Assembly (NCBI GenBank): GCA_013115145.1
Contig: JAAPAO010000164.1
Coordinates: 1 to 59,427 of the forward strand
DNA from: Perkinsus chesapeaki ATCC PRA-425
Lineage: Eukaryota; Protista; Perkinsozoa
Length of the DNA: 59,427 nucleotides
Reading direction: 5' to 3'
Position numbers and translations under genes: made by a program. Numbering within the stretch: the stretch's first letter is position 1; each line of letters starts with the position of its first letter. The notes beneath the pieces were generated by a model. That model worked only from the letters and a program-made list of their open reading frames with translations. It searched no databases and was not told the DNA's origin. Shown here piece by piece: positions 44,064 to 56,341 of the stretch.

Positions 44064-45178
44064 TTCGTCAGACTAGCTTTAGCTCGGCCGCCGCCTGCAT
44101 TTTTGGTCGTAGTTGTCTCCCATTGTGGGGGCGGCGTTTAGTGGCACATGGTTGACGTCAGCAATATATCGAGCATTATATGTCTACCAACAGTTTATAT
44201 TGATAAAGACCTCCCGATGGAGGCTTCGGGCAATGCCTTTAAAAGAACTTTTGTTTCAAAGTCTCATTCTGCAGGGTTGATTTATACGAATGGGCGTGTC
44301 GGGCATGAGAAGCAGTGTGTGGGCTAAGCGTGTCGTGTACTAAGCATCACCAGGATCATGGGCTCACCTATCACAGGCATGTTGAACCTCAGTTATAGTG
44401 AACAAGTTAACATAATAATACAGTATGACTGTGATACAAAGGAAAACCTCCTACTAGGTGAAGGAACGGTTTCCAGGCAATGAGTTTTTATTATACATCA
44501 GTCAGCTAGATTCTTTTGCGAATGCCTTATGCACCTCTTGAGGCCTCCTCAGGTGCAAAGTGGCCCACACACACCGCCCCCGTTCGCATGGAAATGGATC
44601 AGCAGCCACTCATAGCGGCAGTTATCGCGACCCTACAATGTAGGGCCTACATTCAGAGAGAGGTTTGGGAGTGAGTCCCTAGTGTTGCGCTGAGGATTCC
44701 AATCCGAGGTTCGAGCTCGATCTGACACTGTGAGTGACTTAGCAAGTACAATGCCATACCAGAGTCGTCCATTCAGACTTTGGGTTTTTGGTGGAACGGG
44801 GCAGCTCCAGTGTATAGTAGCGTTGCCGGATTTCTTGTCAGCAGCAGCAGCTGTCGGTATTGTGAATGTTCGTCATCGATGGAGCGGTAAGAGCAGTACA
44901 GTTGGTCAGAGTTGGGATCATGAAAAGACGTGGTGAATCATTTTCCGAGGGTAGTATTTGTTTTAGACAACGCTATTTAAGCACCCCATTGGGGTTACCC
45001 TATAATAATAACCCACAATACTCTATTGATATCAATCTCCAACTTAATAACCAAGTCTCTCTATTCTACATTGACTGGCATGAACTCGTTGTTGTTATTC
45101 CTGCCTCATTTGTTGCATGTTGAGTTGTATGCGATGGTTGAGGAACAATGGGACCGCAAGTTGCTGGGGTGTATTTAA

Positions 45179-46961
45179 ATGGCGGCTCGAGAGGATCGAG
45201 TTCGGCACCGAAGTCGATCCAGATCACCACACCATAGGCGGCGGTCTAGGGTAGAATGCCGGCCCGGTAACTTGTGTGGAACAATTCCCTCAGACGGAAT
45301 CGGTCTCCAGCCGGAGCTCGTATTCGAGGAGCAGATCGCGGCATGGTAAAAAGAGCCATCGACATCGGGAACGATCGAGGAAGAATAAGAAAGAGAGAAA
45401 ACGAAGGTGACCTGCTGCTGCACCACCACCGCCTCTAGAACGCTGTTGCCGTCGCATCCTTTTTTTGAGGCTCCAATCCGCTCTGTGTAGGGTGAAGCCT
45501 TTCTCAGCCTCCCTTGATGCGTAGTTGGTCTATCAGTGAAAGACTTTATCTTAAAGGAATAAATTTCCCCCCTCACTAAAAAGTAGACTTCCCCCTTAGC
45601 CGTGGAATATGGTCAAATTGGAGCGATATGCCTGCACACTGACTTGCTTCGGGAGGCCCACGTCCCATTCAGCAGGATGAGGAGTCCTAGCCTTGTCTGT
45701 CAGATCGTATTCGAGCAGCGGCAGCAGCAGTTCCGATAGTAGCAGTGATTCGTCTCCGAGAGAGAAGAGACACAAAAAAAAGAAGCATCATCACAAGAAA
45801 TCGAAGAAAGAAAAGAAAAGTCGGAAATTGTAAATCTGTTCAAGTGCCCCAGAGCGAAGCCTCAGGTGCGCCTCTCGGAGCCGTCACAGAGCAATACGGA
45901 AAATACGGTGTAATTCGCACCGAAGACCAAGTGAGTTTGGCAAGCGGTCTCGCCGGCTCAGACGGCTCTGGGTTCAGTATGAAAAACGTGCAGAGTTCCT
46001 AACGTGGCTGGTAGAGGTTAAAGGGGTCGATATAGAAGCCCTTTCTCATATAGAGGAACGGAAGCTATTTGAAGACTTTGTGGAGGACTATAATACGGCC
46101 ACCATGCCAAGCAAGAAGTAAGAGGCTTTGGGTTAGGAAGTCATAAAGCAAGGGTATCACTAGGGTACGCTCTACGTGTTTTCCTTTTTCTGGGAAGAGG
46201 ACGGCATCAGATATTCTATAATAGGAAGTGTGATAGAAATGCAATACTAGACCGTCTGTTGGCGTATCTCAGAAATGACCACTGCCGCCTGCAGTGGCCG
46301 ACCAATCGCCGACTCTTGAATGCGGAGATCTACCAGAATTCTGTTAAGTTGTCTTGAACATTCCCTTTCCAAGATGTGCAGGCGACCACGTGTATGCTTT
46401 ACACTGTAAACATGTGTTGATGAATAATTGCTATATGAAAATATTCGGTTATCATAACGCACGAGGAACGCCTTCCAGCTTTATGGAATAGCACCTCGGT
46501 CAGAGGTTGTATGCATCACTGTCTTGGTTATTTTAGGTATTATGACATTCCGGCTTGGGAGGCTCGACAGGCCGCCAAGAAAGCTAAGCATGCCAGGAAA
46601 CATGGTGGTAATGTTAGTTTTGATGATGAGAGGAGCCGAGCGTAATACACGGCAAAGTTGGGGAAAAATCGGTATAGGATTTTCTTGGATTCAGACAAGA
46701 AATACAAACGTTAAGGGCGGCGCGAACGGACGTTGTGACGAAGCAGACTTTCGATGTCATGAAGAAGGATAGCGATTTAGTAGGAACCCTCCCGCAGCGC
46801 GACGGTCCTGCAAATCTCCCCAGGTCCGCTCCATGAAGGAACAGGAAGATGCGCGCAACGCGGTGAAGTATCTGCATAAGGCCGGCCACCACGATGCTGC
46901 GGAAAAGATAGCAGACAAGCTCAGACCGGGAGCACAAGAGAATGACGAGGACGAGAATTGA
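45179..46961 (+). CDS. Conserved uncharacterised RS/Lys-rich nuclear protein
   Basis: MAAREDRVRHRSRSRSP; poly-Ser and KKKKHHH; QYGKYGVIR..EKRAEFLTWLVEVK..FEDFVEDYNTATMPSKK; SFDDE; KYLHKAG..AAEKIADKL. Confidence 0.75.
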
Positions 46962-47204
46962 CGTTACATTACTGACCAGTGCTGTTCTTGCGTTGTTGTC
47001 TTATCCTCAACGCATTTGGGCATAAATTTTCTCCCGGGCTGGATGCTTGTCATGCCGGAAAAGAATATGGCCTTTCGGTTTTGAGGATGCTCGCTTCGAT
47101 TTTAAGGTTCAACCTAAGTTGGCGAAAACCCTTAGAGCTTCCGGCTGTATGAGCTGGGTCCTTCTCGAATAATTCTGCCTTCCAGTATTCCACACCACGT
47201 GTCC

Positions 47205-50200
47205 ATGTCGAAGCCTATCTCTTTCACTGGTCGTGTAGCTGTGGTGACCGGCGCTGGCGGAGGCCTTGGAAGGCAGTATGCTATTGATCTTGCCAAACGA
47301 GGATGCAAGGTACTGATGGTGGTGACGAGGATCTTTTTCGGGGTCGCTCGAGGACAGGCTGGCGCTCTTGTGGGTTACATATACGTAGCTCCGTCAACGG
47401 TACAGGAAGGAATAGCGCTTTGTTATGTACCGTGGGGTCGATATGCGAGAATTCGAACCAAGTATGATGATAGATATCAATTGGGAATGATACTTCTGAA
47501 GGATATCCTAATGAATAGAACAAAGCTGAGGAAATTGAGGGTCTTTCTTCGTAAAGTGTGTCCGGAGTGGACTGCATCAGACTTGTCAGCTAGGGACTAG
47601 AAAGCTCATCCTGTATTCTAGTCTTCGAGGCATCGATCAAGTGAAGTGCGTAATTATTATTATATACATATACATATATATCTAGTCTGTACTATAGTTA
47701 GTAATGTCTCGTTTTTATGCTATTATGTAACCCCTTTTATATTGCGGATGAGGAAATAGATACTGCTGAATACTACCACTACTACTGCTTCTGGTGCTAC
47801 TATTTGTGCTACTGATACTGTAATTATCATGGTTGATTGGTTCATCTGATCAAGTGTACTCTACTGGAAAGAAATTTTTGGGAGCTGAACTGGCGGAAGG
47901 CCTCTATTATTCAAGAGTTTCGGTCTGGCTGATGATATGGTGCTGACTGATCTCGTTTTCTGGATGATGGCTGCTTTTTGACTAGCTTGCGAGCCCAACA
48001 GGCTCAGGGCCATAGGACTATACTATCATAGGACACGTCCTGCCCTCAAAAACAACAACAACAACAACCGTGCGGGAAATACATACGTTTTCGTCACTCG
48101 TCTTCTGTGGACATTGCGTGGTCTTCTGTGGACATTGCGTGGTCTTCTGTGGACATTGCGTGGTCTTCTGTGGACATTGCGTGGTCTTCTGTGGGCATTG
48201 CGTGGTCTTCTGTGGACATTTCTCTATCTTACCAGACCGTTATAAACTTATGGTAGGTTGTCGTTAACGACCTCGGTGGAACATTCGATGGATCTGGCCA
48301 GTCTAACAGAGCTGCTGATAAAGTCGTGGACGAAATCATTACATTCGGCGGAGAGGCGGTTGCCAATTACAACTCTGTGGTACATACCGCTCCATCCTCA
48401 TAAATCAATGCTGATACCCCCCACTTCAGACTGATGGCGACGCTATTATCAAAACTGCAATGGACAAGTGGGGCCGCATAGATATACTTATCAACAACGC
48501 AGGTGGGACAGAGTTGATTCTGTGGAGCTGACCGGCATTCTGTGTCAGGCATTCTGCGGGACCGATCGTTGGCGAAAATGACAGACGATGATTGGAAACT
48601 CATTGTTGATGTGCATTTGAACGGTGTGTTTAAATGCACCAAGGCCGCGTGGGGGCACATGCTGAAGCAAGGATACGGCAGAATAGTTAACGTGTCAAGT
48701 AAAACCAATGGCAGTGCCCCTTTGGCAGTGGCATTGAGTCCGTCTGGTCACGCTTTGTTCATTTGCGTATTATCGAGTTGGAGCCACCTTGTAGTGTACC
48801 TTGTATTCTAAGCAGGACAAATGTAGTTTGTGTAAAAAGCTGAGCTGCTGCTGTTGCTACTGCTCAGCATGGAAGCTAGCACTAGACTTGGCTCCTACTT
48901 CATGCTTTCGAAACGCGGCCCAAACGGCTTTTGTCGATAGCGCTTTGAATGGCATCACACTTCTAGTCAGGATGAGACCATATTTCGAGTGACCTGTGCC
49001 AAGTCTCTTGTATCCTGGTCTGAGCAGCATCTTCTCTATCAAGCCCACAGTTCTTGTTAATTGCTGCTGTTCTAACAGGCGCCTCTGGTCTCTACGGCAA
49101 CTATGGTCAAGTAAATTACAGTATGGCCAAATCTGGTATAGTTGGCATGACCAAATCAATGGCTCAAGAAGGCGCTAAGCGAGGTACCTGTGGAAGCACC
49201 ATCTGCGCTTATGTCCGCTATAGGAGTTCTCTGTAATGTTGTGGCGCCAGTGGCGGCCTCACGCATGACCGAGACGGTCATGCCGCCCGATCTGCTCGCC
49301 CAACTTTCTCCGGAGTTTGTGTCTCCTCTGGTCTTGGCAATGTGCCACGAAAACTATAAGGCAAGTTTGTCATTGATCTCCAGCTGCTATACTTGTGTTT
49401 CCTCAGAATACAGGCCAAGTCTTCGAGGCGGGGGCTGGCTGGTTCGCTCAGGTTCAAACACAAAGGTCAGCTGAGTTCGGCTGGCGTCCTGCCAGCCACG
49501 TGTCCATTCAGGAGTCGCGGTGTTACTTTGAAGTGGCCGTATCAGCCGGAAGATCTTCTCGACGAGTCTATCCAGAGCAAGATCACCGATTTCTCCAAAG
49601 GTGCCGTCACCCTTAATAGTTCTGGCGAGGCGACGATGAGCATTATCCAAGTACACGAGGCATTAGTTATTGATTGCCTTAAGCATATCACTACAGATAC
49701 GAGACGATGCGGTAACACCTCCCAGTGCCGCCAAGGTCGAGCACGCCGACTCGGCTATGAAGTCTGTGAGGATCTTCGACATTATAAAAGCGTAATGCGG
49801 CTGACTTTGCATGTGGGGTGTATGGCGGGGGCGTCAGATACTTTGACCATCCTAGCAAACCCGGCAGTTCTGTGGTGAAGAAGCTTGGTACGACGTTTAC
49901 TTTTGAAATTTATGAAGGAAAGAAAGTTGGTGAAGGAAAGGCGAAGAAGTGGACTTTGAACTTGAAGGATGCCTCTGGGAAGTGCTATGAAACAGAGGTA
50001 GAGTTGTTACTAGCCATCACATTGTCACTCCCTTCCTCAGGAGGCCGACGGAGCCTGTACTTTCACGCTCACTGACAGTAATTTCTTGGCGCTAGTGAAA
50101 AACGAGTTGCAACCTCAAGCGGCATTCATGCAAGGGAAGCTGAAAATCAAAGGGGATTTGGGAGCAGCTATGAAGTTCACTCCCGATGTACCGCAGAGCT

Positions 50201-50334
50201 CGCGGCCGTCGCCTGCAGGGTTGCCGATTCTTCAGGTTCTGCCAAAGTTTGATGCCGCCTTGGCCGACAACGTGGATCTCTCGCCTGCTGAAGTGATAGA
50301 GGCATTCTTGAAAACCGCGGTATCCAAGATGTGA
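47205..50334 (+). CDS. Peroxisomal HSD17B4/MFE-2-like protein (SDR dehydrogenase + SCP2, PTS1 -SKM)
   Basis: [20 protein letters not shown]|VVVNDLGG; [14 protein letters not shown]; [18 protein letters not shown]; SCP2 [15 protein letters not shown]; ends SKM*. Confidence 0.92.
48100..48220. repeat. 21-bp minisatellite, about 5.8 copies, in intron 1 of the HSD17B4-like gene
   Basis: GTCTTCTGTGGACATTGCGTG tandem copies with a single A>G variant in copy 5. Confidence 0.97.
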
Positions 50335-51395
50335 TTATACTAGTCAGTGTTTTACTTTTCCAAGTTTATAATCATGTCAACAACATTTGTTTCAACGATT
50401 CATAGTATTATTCAAGTCAATGGGCGATTTGTTTTATAAAGAACTTTATAAGAACTCAAAAAATCGCCCTTTTGGGTGCTTCAATCATCTGAAATGGCGA
50501 ATTCACACTCAACTCGACGATTGGCCCTTCCGGTTGGTCTCGGCGTGCCGAGTTTCAAGATTTCACCAATCCCAGGAGGTCCAAGCACCAGTCGAAAATG
50601 CATGGCATTCTGATTACAACGGTGCCTTGGATGATGCCAGATTCGATCGGGTTGAGGAGAAACACGAGATTACAGTTTAAAGATAAACGTTGGAGCGCCA
50701 AAATTTTTTCAAAACTTGAATTTCTCACAAGTGCTAGGCCATGCTCAGATGAGCCGTACAGCTCCGGAAAGGCCTGCAAGTTTCTGATCGAATGCTACCA
50801 ATCTTGCTCTCACATTCGATCGTTAAGTTATTCAGATAATCGGGGCTGGACAATTTTTTGGCCAGACTGTACATATAATTAATGTGATAATATCGTCCCA
50901 TAAGCCTTCCGCATACGGACATACAATTGACACATCGATAGAAAAATAGTTCCCTAGACCAAAGCAAAAGTCACGCATTCCCTCTGGTATCACCTGGTGT
51001 TCCTCTGTGAATCCCTGATTTCCGATTGGTTCATTTACTTCAACTAAAGTCCAATTTTGCTTGTATAATGTTGGATGCCTCTGACGGCAAAAAGATGATA
51101 AATAATAAGCCGTATAAAAGGGTAGGCATCAAACTTCAGCTACATTTACTAAGTTATTCCGCTGCATGAATGGAATGGACGATAATCGACTAAAGTGGCC
51201 GTAGCTAAAAACATCCGTCATGTCATCTAATCCACTTCTGAATAACGCTGTATACTCTCTTGGAGACTTGTCTGATGAAGAATGAAAAACTAACTCAATG
51301 GAATTGTATAGACGATATCATCATTCATATGCAAGGATGCAATAGGTGGTCTAACGTTTGGGGTAAAGCCATGCCCATTCATCAAATACGCTCTC

Positions 51396-53514
51396 TCAGA
51401 AAATGAAAACTCCGGTTGGACCAATACTTATACCCGCGGTGCCACCGCGGCGGTGGTCGAAACCCCTGGGTCCAAGACGCAACGGTTCGCTGCGAATTTC
51501 GGAGTCCAAACACTATACTTACTCATCCTTCACATGGTACCAATAATAATGCGACGCACCTTGTACCTGTTTGCAAAACGGCTTTTGTCGACTACTAGAA
51601 TCCGCTGATTCCCACCAACTCCACTTCAGGACCCTCTCCCTCTTCATGTATGGATGATGGATACCACGGATCAGCATTGCCATTAATCGATAAGATATTC
51701 GTGGTGCTGCGGAAATCCCCAACGTATGCTCTAAGCTCTTCGATCCTCTCCCGTATCTTGCAAATTCAAGTAGAGGATTCACTCCCCAAAGCACACCTCT
51801 TTTTCCGATAGTCCAAACCCTACTTTACATGACCATTTTGTAACGTTCGACCAGTCACGGTCGGGTCGCGTAAAGAAGGGGCAGCTCACATGACTGCAGG
51901 TCGGAAGAAGTCCCGTACTAGCGCAGGTATCGAAGACATTTATTCTTCTCCCGCCGCAGTTCTTGTCGTTCTTATACCTGAATGAACGTACTCGAACTAT
52001 CGATTCCATGAGCAATTTCAGATCTGTGACTGACCTCGCAATGGCTGACCAGACGGTCTTCGCCAAACACCTTCCAGAAGGTCGATTTGTCTTGTAGATA
52101 TCAGCCAATGCATCTAATGGTGGTTCCCTGAATAAAGGCCGGTTAATTATTAACCATACTTCAACTTACTTCCTTGTAGTCAGCCTGGCGCAGATTCGTT
52201 GGATGTTACAATAGTCTTTCCTACATTTTGGATCATTGTATAGTAAGTTGACACCGGTAGTCCGACCGTTAATCGTGCTGAATCGATAATTATTTAATCG
52301 TATCTTTGATTGGAGACCCCACAATGATTCCTGGAGTTGTTGTTCTTCCAAGTCTCCATGGCATAGACCGAATTTCTCCACAAGAAGCTCTCGTCCTTCC
52401 GGCGAACCTAGCTTTCCGCCGATGTCGATATGTGCATCTCTGAGCTACCAGGGAACAATAGGCTGCTGCTGAGGGTGCTGCTCACTCACCACTCGCAGGC
52501 ATTGATCGCTTCCTCCTAGTTTTTTATTCGAGAAATCTTCACCCAAGATTTCGGCATACCTTACGAGAAACAATGGAGCAGTTTCACGGCCCTCGAAGTT
52601 CCCGAAGCTGTTGTCGAAGGATTAAACCATTTCAAGCATGCGCAGACTATGTCCGTTCAACTCTGCCATACTGCTTATATTCCAGTTGAAGCTTTAGTGG
52701 GGCTGAAGACACGATGGCTCCGTCGAAGATCTCTGTGGAATACTTTCGAGCCAATGCTGCGATCATCTGACATGCCAGATTCCCAAATTATCTGTATAAG
52801 CAGCAACGTCAGCTATACCCCTCCATGGCTGCATCCAAAGAGAATAATCCTAACTCCCGGTAGTCTTTCTTTCATCTCCTCACCAAAAAGCACAGCATCC
52901 TTGACCGACTGCGGCACCTTGCAAAGTTCCTTCAGAGTGGTGACTGAGAACTCTTTGGTGGGCAAGCTCATGCCGGTATACCTGCAAGGAAACATTCCAG
53001 CAAGGTGAAAACACCTGGTTGCCGACTAGTAGTTGACGCCAAGGCGAGTCATCGAGTTACCTTTGCTCCAACACGATCATGCCGGCCCCAATCTTCTCCG
53101 CTGCGTCCAGCATCTCCTTCCCGGGGGTTTGCAGTGGAGATAGCCCATTAACCTCTAGGAATAATAACTGAAGAAAATATATCCTTCGTTGACTTTAATG
53201 AAAAAGGATACAGCGTACCGGTTTCTTTGGATTATAGTATTCATTGTTTTCCGCATAGTACTGCCTGAAAGTCCCTGCTTCTGCACCTGGAATGTATTCC
53301 TACTACTGGATTCCGCCTATGATTACGCAACCAATCAGCACTGATATGATGAAAAAATGCTGTAGGAATCAACTGCAGTCTCGATAAAAGAAGAGCTATG
53401 GCCCAACTTAACTTTTGAGTGGTCCACGAGAGAGCGAAAATGCTTCTTGAGCCACCGGGAACCTTGCAAGTGACGGGAGTACCTGAAGAGTATCTGAGCG
53501 ATTAGAGACAGCAT
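51396..53514 (-). CDS. Serine carboxypeptidase S28 (PRCP/TSSP-like) family peptidase; ends approximate
   Basis: TFRQYYAENNEYYNP; GMIVLEQR|YTGMSLP; QSVKDAVLF; ILFGCSHGG (nucleophile); TNILSINGNADPW; QGASH (His). Confidence 0.8.
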
Positions 53515-55121
53515 CTCTCAGCCTTGCAGGTGACTCATTCACCGTGACTGGCAGGCTAACTACGGCCACCCTTACCCGTCAAAAGGCTGTGTCTTGTTAT
53601 GCAGAGCTACTGAGGCCCAAACACAAAGGAGCTGCAGTAGGCTCGTATTGTCCATTTGGCGTGTAATACCAGAAATTCTAGTCTAGAATATATGCTGTAG
53701 GCAGATCACTTGAAGTTCGAACCTCGAAATCAAATAGAGAGGTTCTGATGATAGTGGATTGACCAAAGACTCTTCCTCAAAGAGTCATACGGAATAGACT
53801 CAACCACCAGAAAGCTCAGCAATCAGATTACGTGTGATAAATGCGAATACTCAAAACGAAAGAAAGCCTTATCAATCAGTCGACAATACGGCGAGTAAGA
53901 CGCAGGCTCCGGACCCCAAATTGGGATTCCCAGAAATCAAAATGGGAACAGTCCCAAAATTGTTCTCGTTATTCTCAGCGTGACGTGACCCTTTCCGCTC
54001 CACGCGTGGAAAATTGGACAGAGGCTCTCATCCGAGCCCTATTCACAGTAGTTCTCAGGACTTTTTACCTACCCGACTAAAAAGTATTTCAGGTAATTGG
54101 ATAGCCACAGTAGGTTAGACCCTAAAGCGAACAGCAGGCCTGCTATCCGGGACCAGCGGACAATAACATAGCGGTAACTGTGTGAATGGGCGCCGCAGGC
54201 GCGCTTGAAACTTTTTGGGGTTCAGCGGAAAATGACCCGTAGCCGCCACATCAAACACCGTGTGTGAGCCCTGGTGGCTGATCGTAAGCACCCGAGGGTG
54301 GCTGAAAGATGAGCTCCGGAGAACCGGCAACCCTAGTTACATCAACTTCGTATCACCTTCGCTTTATATGCCCAACATTTATTTTGTTTGTAGAGGCCTA
54401 TGAAAAACTTGAAGTGTTTCTTAAAGTTGTCGAACGTTCATTGTCCACTCAGTTCAGTGGCCATTCTTGTCGAAAGTTTTAAACCTTTGAGGTCCTATTT
54501 CGAGTTGAGTTGTGTACGCGATCTTGCCAACGGAAGGCTAAGACAATCGTAGTAGAAGCTACTGTGAAGACTTCGACTCGAAGTATTCGAGACAGAAGTT
54601 TGGACTCCTAGACTTTTCATTACCATTCCGGACTAATACTAAATACTACTGTGGGACTACTACGCAAAGCTAGAGCAGTTTTTTTCTTTCTTCTGGGTTG
54701 TTTTGGCACATTTTCTGCGGTCGACTATAGACTGGATATGCACACATACCATACACTCGTGATACAACTGGTGCATGTATGTATGCATGCATTTATTCAG
54801 GTGTTTATTCGGAGGCACTGCACGGTACCAACCGCAGAAAAAGCAGATGATGTTGCGTTACAATGATCGGCTTGCGAATGCAAAGATACGATATCGCATC
54901 GGCAGCTTTCGTCCTGAGCTCTATCGGAGTGGTTGCGGTGCTTCCGGCGAGAATCTTGGCTCAAAACTGCCCAACTATTACCGTGGATAAGCCAAACTTA
55001 CTAGTGAAACTCTGAGCAACACAAGCAAGGTTGCAGTGACTGAGAAGGTCTGCTGGTTGTTCTCGAATAGCCAGTCTTACGATAATATACGAAGATAAAA
55101 CAGAAGGGTGAATGTAGCTTA

Positions 55122-56184
55122 TTAGCAATCAAGTTGGACAACAACAATCGGATAGGAACGGTTAAAGCATCCCTCGCACCAACGAACAAAACCGTCAGGA
55201 GCAGCGTAGGGCTGCCAGGGTTCCGCGGGCCGTCTCGAGCAGGGCACCAACCTCGAGAAGGTGTCCCCAGCGGAGGTCATCGGTGGGCCGCATATGTTAC
55301 AACGGGAATACTCGGTTACCATAAACGTTGGACATAACCTGAAGGGGGAAGCCCTGTGCTCTGAGAAGGGCTATTATACCACAGCCTACCTTATAGACTT
55401 GGCTGGAACGCCATACGACGCCAGCGTCTCGAGCAGGACATCACCAAGCTCCGCCAACTCGTCCCTTGTTGAGCTGCGAATATCCCGGACAGTCTGCTGG
55501 CTGATTTGCTGTGACGTGACGGCGACCATCGGCGAAATAACAGCCGCCGTTTGCGTTAATATCGGCAGTAGGATTTCGAACGTCATTGCATCCCGGCGAA
55601 TCCGCTTCTGTTCGGCGTCGCACTGCGCTTTGAGCATCCTCTTCTCCTCGCGTATTTGAGCAAGACGGTCAACATAACGATTGTTAACCCGTTCTTGATC
55701 GGACTGGCATTTGGCAATCTTCTCACGGACATCATCTAGGACCAAACTCACGGCTTCACGCACATTGATAAGAATGGTGTCTCGTACAACACGGACATCA
55801 TCTGGTAGGGCAAAGTAACTGAAATTAAGCATAATAACCTCGAAAGACGCGAAGTGATCACCTCGCCTCACGACGAACTGCCTCCTCGCTGACGTTCCAA
55901 GGGATGCAAATCTCCCCGTTTCGGTACCAGTTCAGTATATACTCGAAAAGTTCGCTATCGCGGTCAATGAAGATAGCCTCGTTTGCCGCCGCCCGTTTAC
56001 ATACGTCAGATTCATCAGTGTCATCATCAACATCGGTGGACACATCAATCGTCTTGGATGTCTTCCAATCGTCCGAGACCATTCGGGAGAGCATAGTGTC
56101 CGGATATTTGTCAAAGGTGGACTTGGCGACTTTGTAGATCTTACCGCCGACGCTTAGAGTGATTATGTCAGACGAGGCGCTCAT
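55122..56184 (-). CDS. BTB/POZ (KCTD/T1-type) protein with coiled coil and C-terminal CxxC..CxxC
   Basis: ITLSVGGKIYKVAKSTFDKYPDTMLSRM..FIDRDSELFEYILNWYRNG; last exon (55122-about 55340) carries CNIC and CEGC. Confidence 0.85.
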
Positions 56185-56341
56185 CAGAAATGAAAGAAGC
56201 CTTGGAAAAGATAACAACCGCAACGAAAACGGTCAAGAGGAAATGAAACTGATGTGATAATATTGCAGATTGCTTCATATCGTATTTGCAGTAGCATTGT
56301 CATCATCATCAACAACACTAATTCATCTACTTATAACTAAT

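Noticed and set aside
48100-48220. Possible CRISPR array
   Set aside because: The repeats are contiguous with no spacers, in a eukaryotic intron.
50530-50610. Minus-strand LVLGPPGIGE resembling a P-loop
   Set aside because: It lacks the GK[ST] lysine, is surrounded by stops, and has no other helicase motifs.
54953-54964. ATCTTGGCTCAA resembling the 3' end of a perkinsid spliced leader (also TCTTGGCTCAA near 16661)
   Set aside because: Only 11-12 nt match, the terminal G and 5' half are missing, and there is no downstream gene start.
54651-54990. Small plus-strand gene (..MMLRYNDRLANAKIRYRIGSFRPELY..)
   Set aside because: It looks protein-like, but no consistent start or splice model could be built, so it is not listed as a feature.
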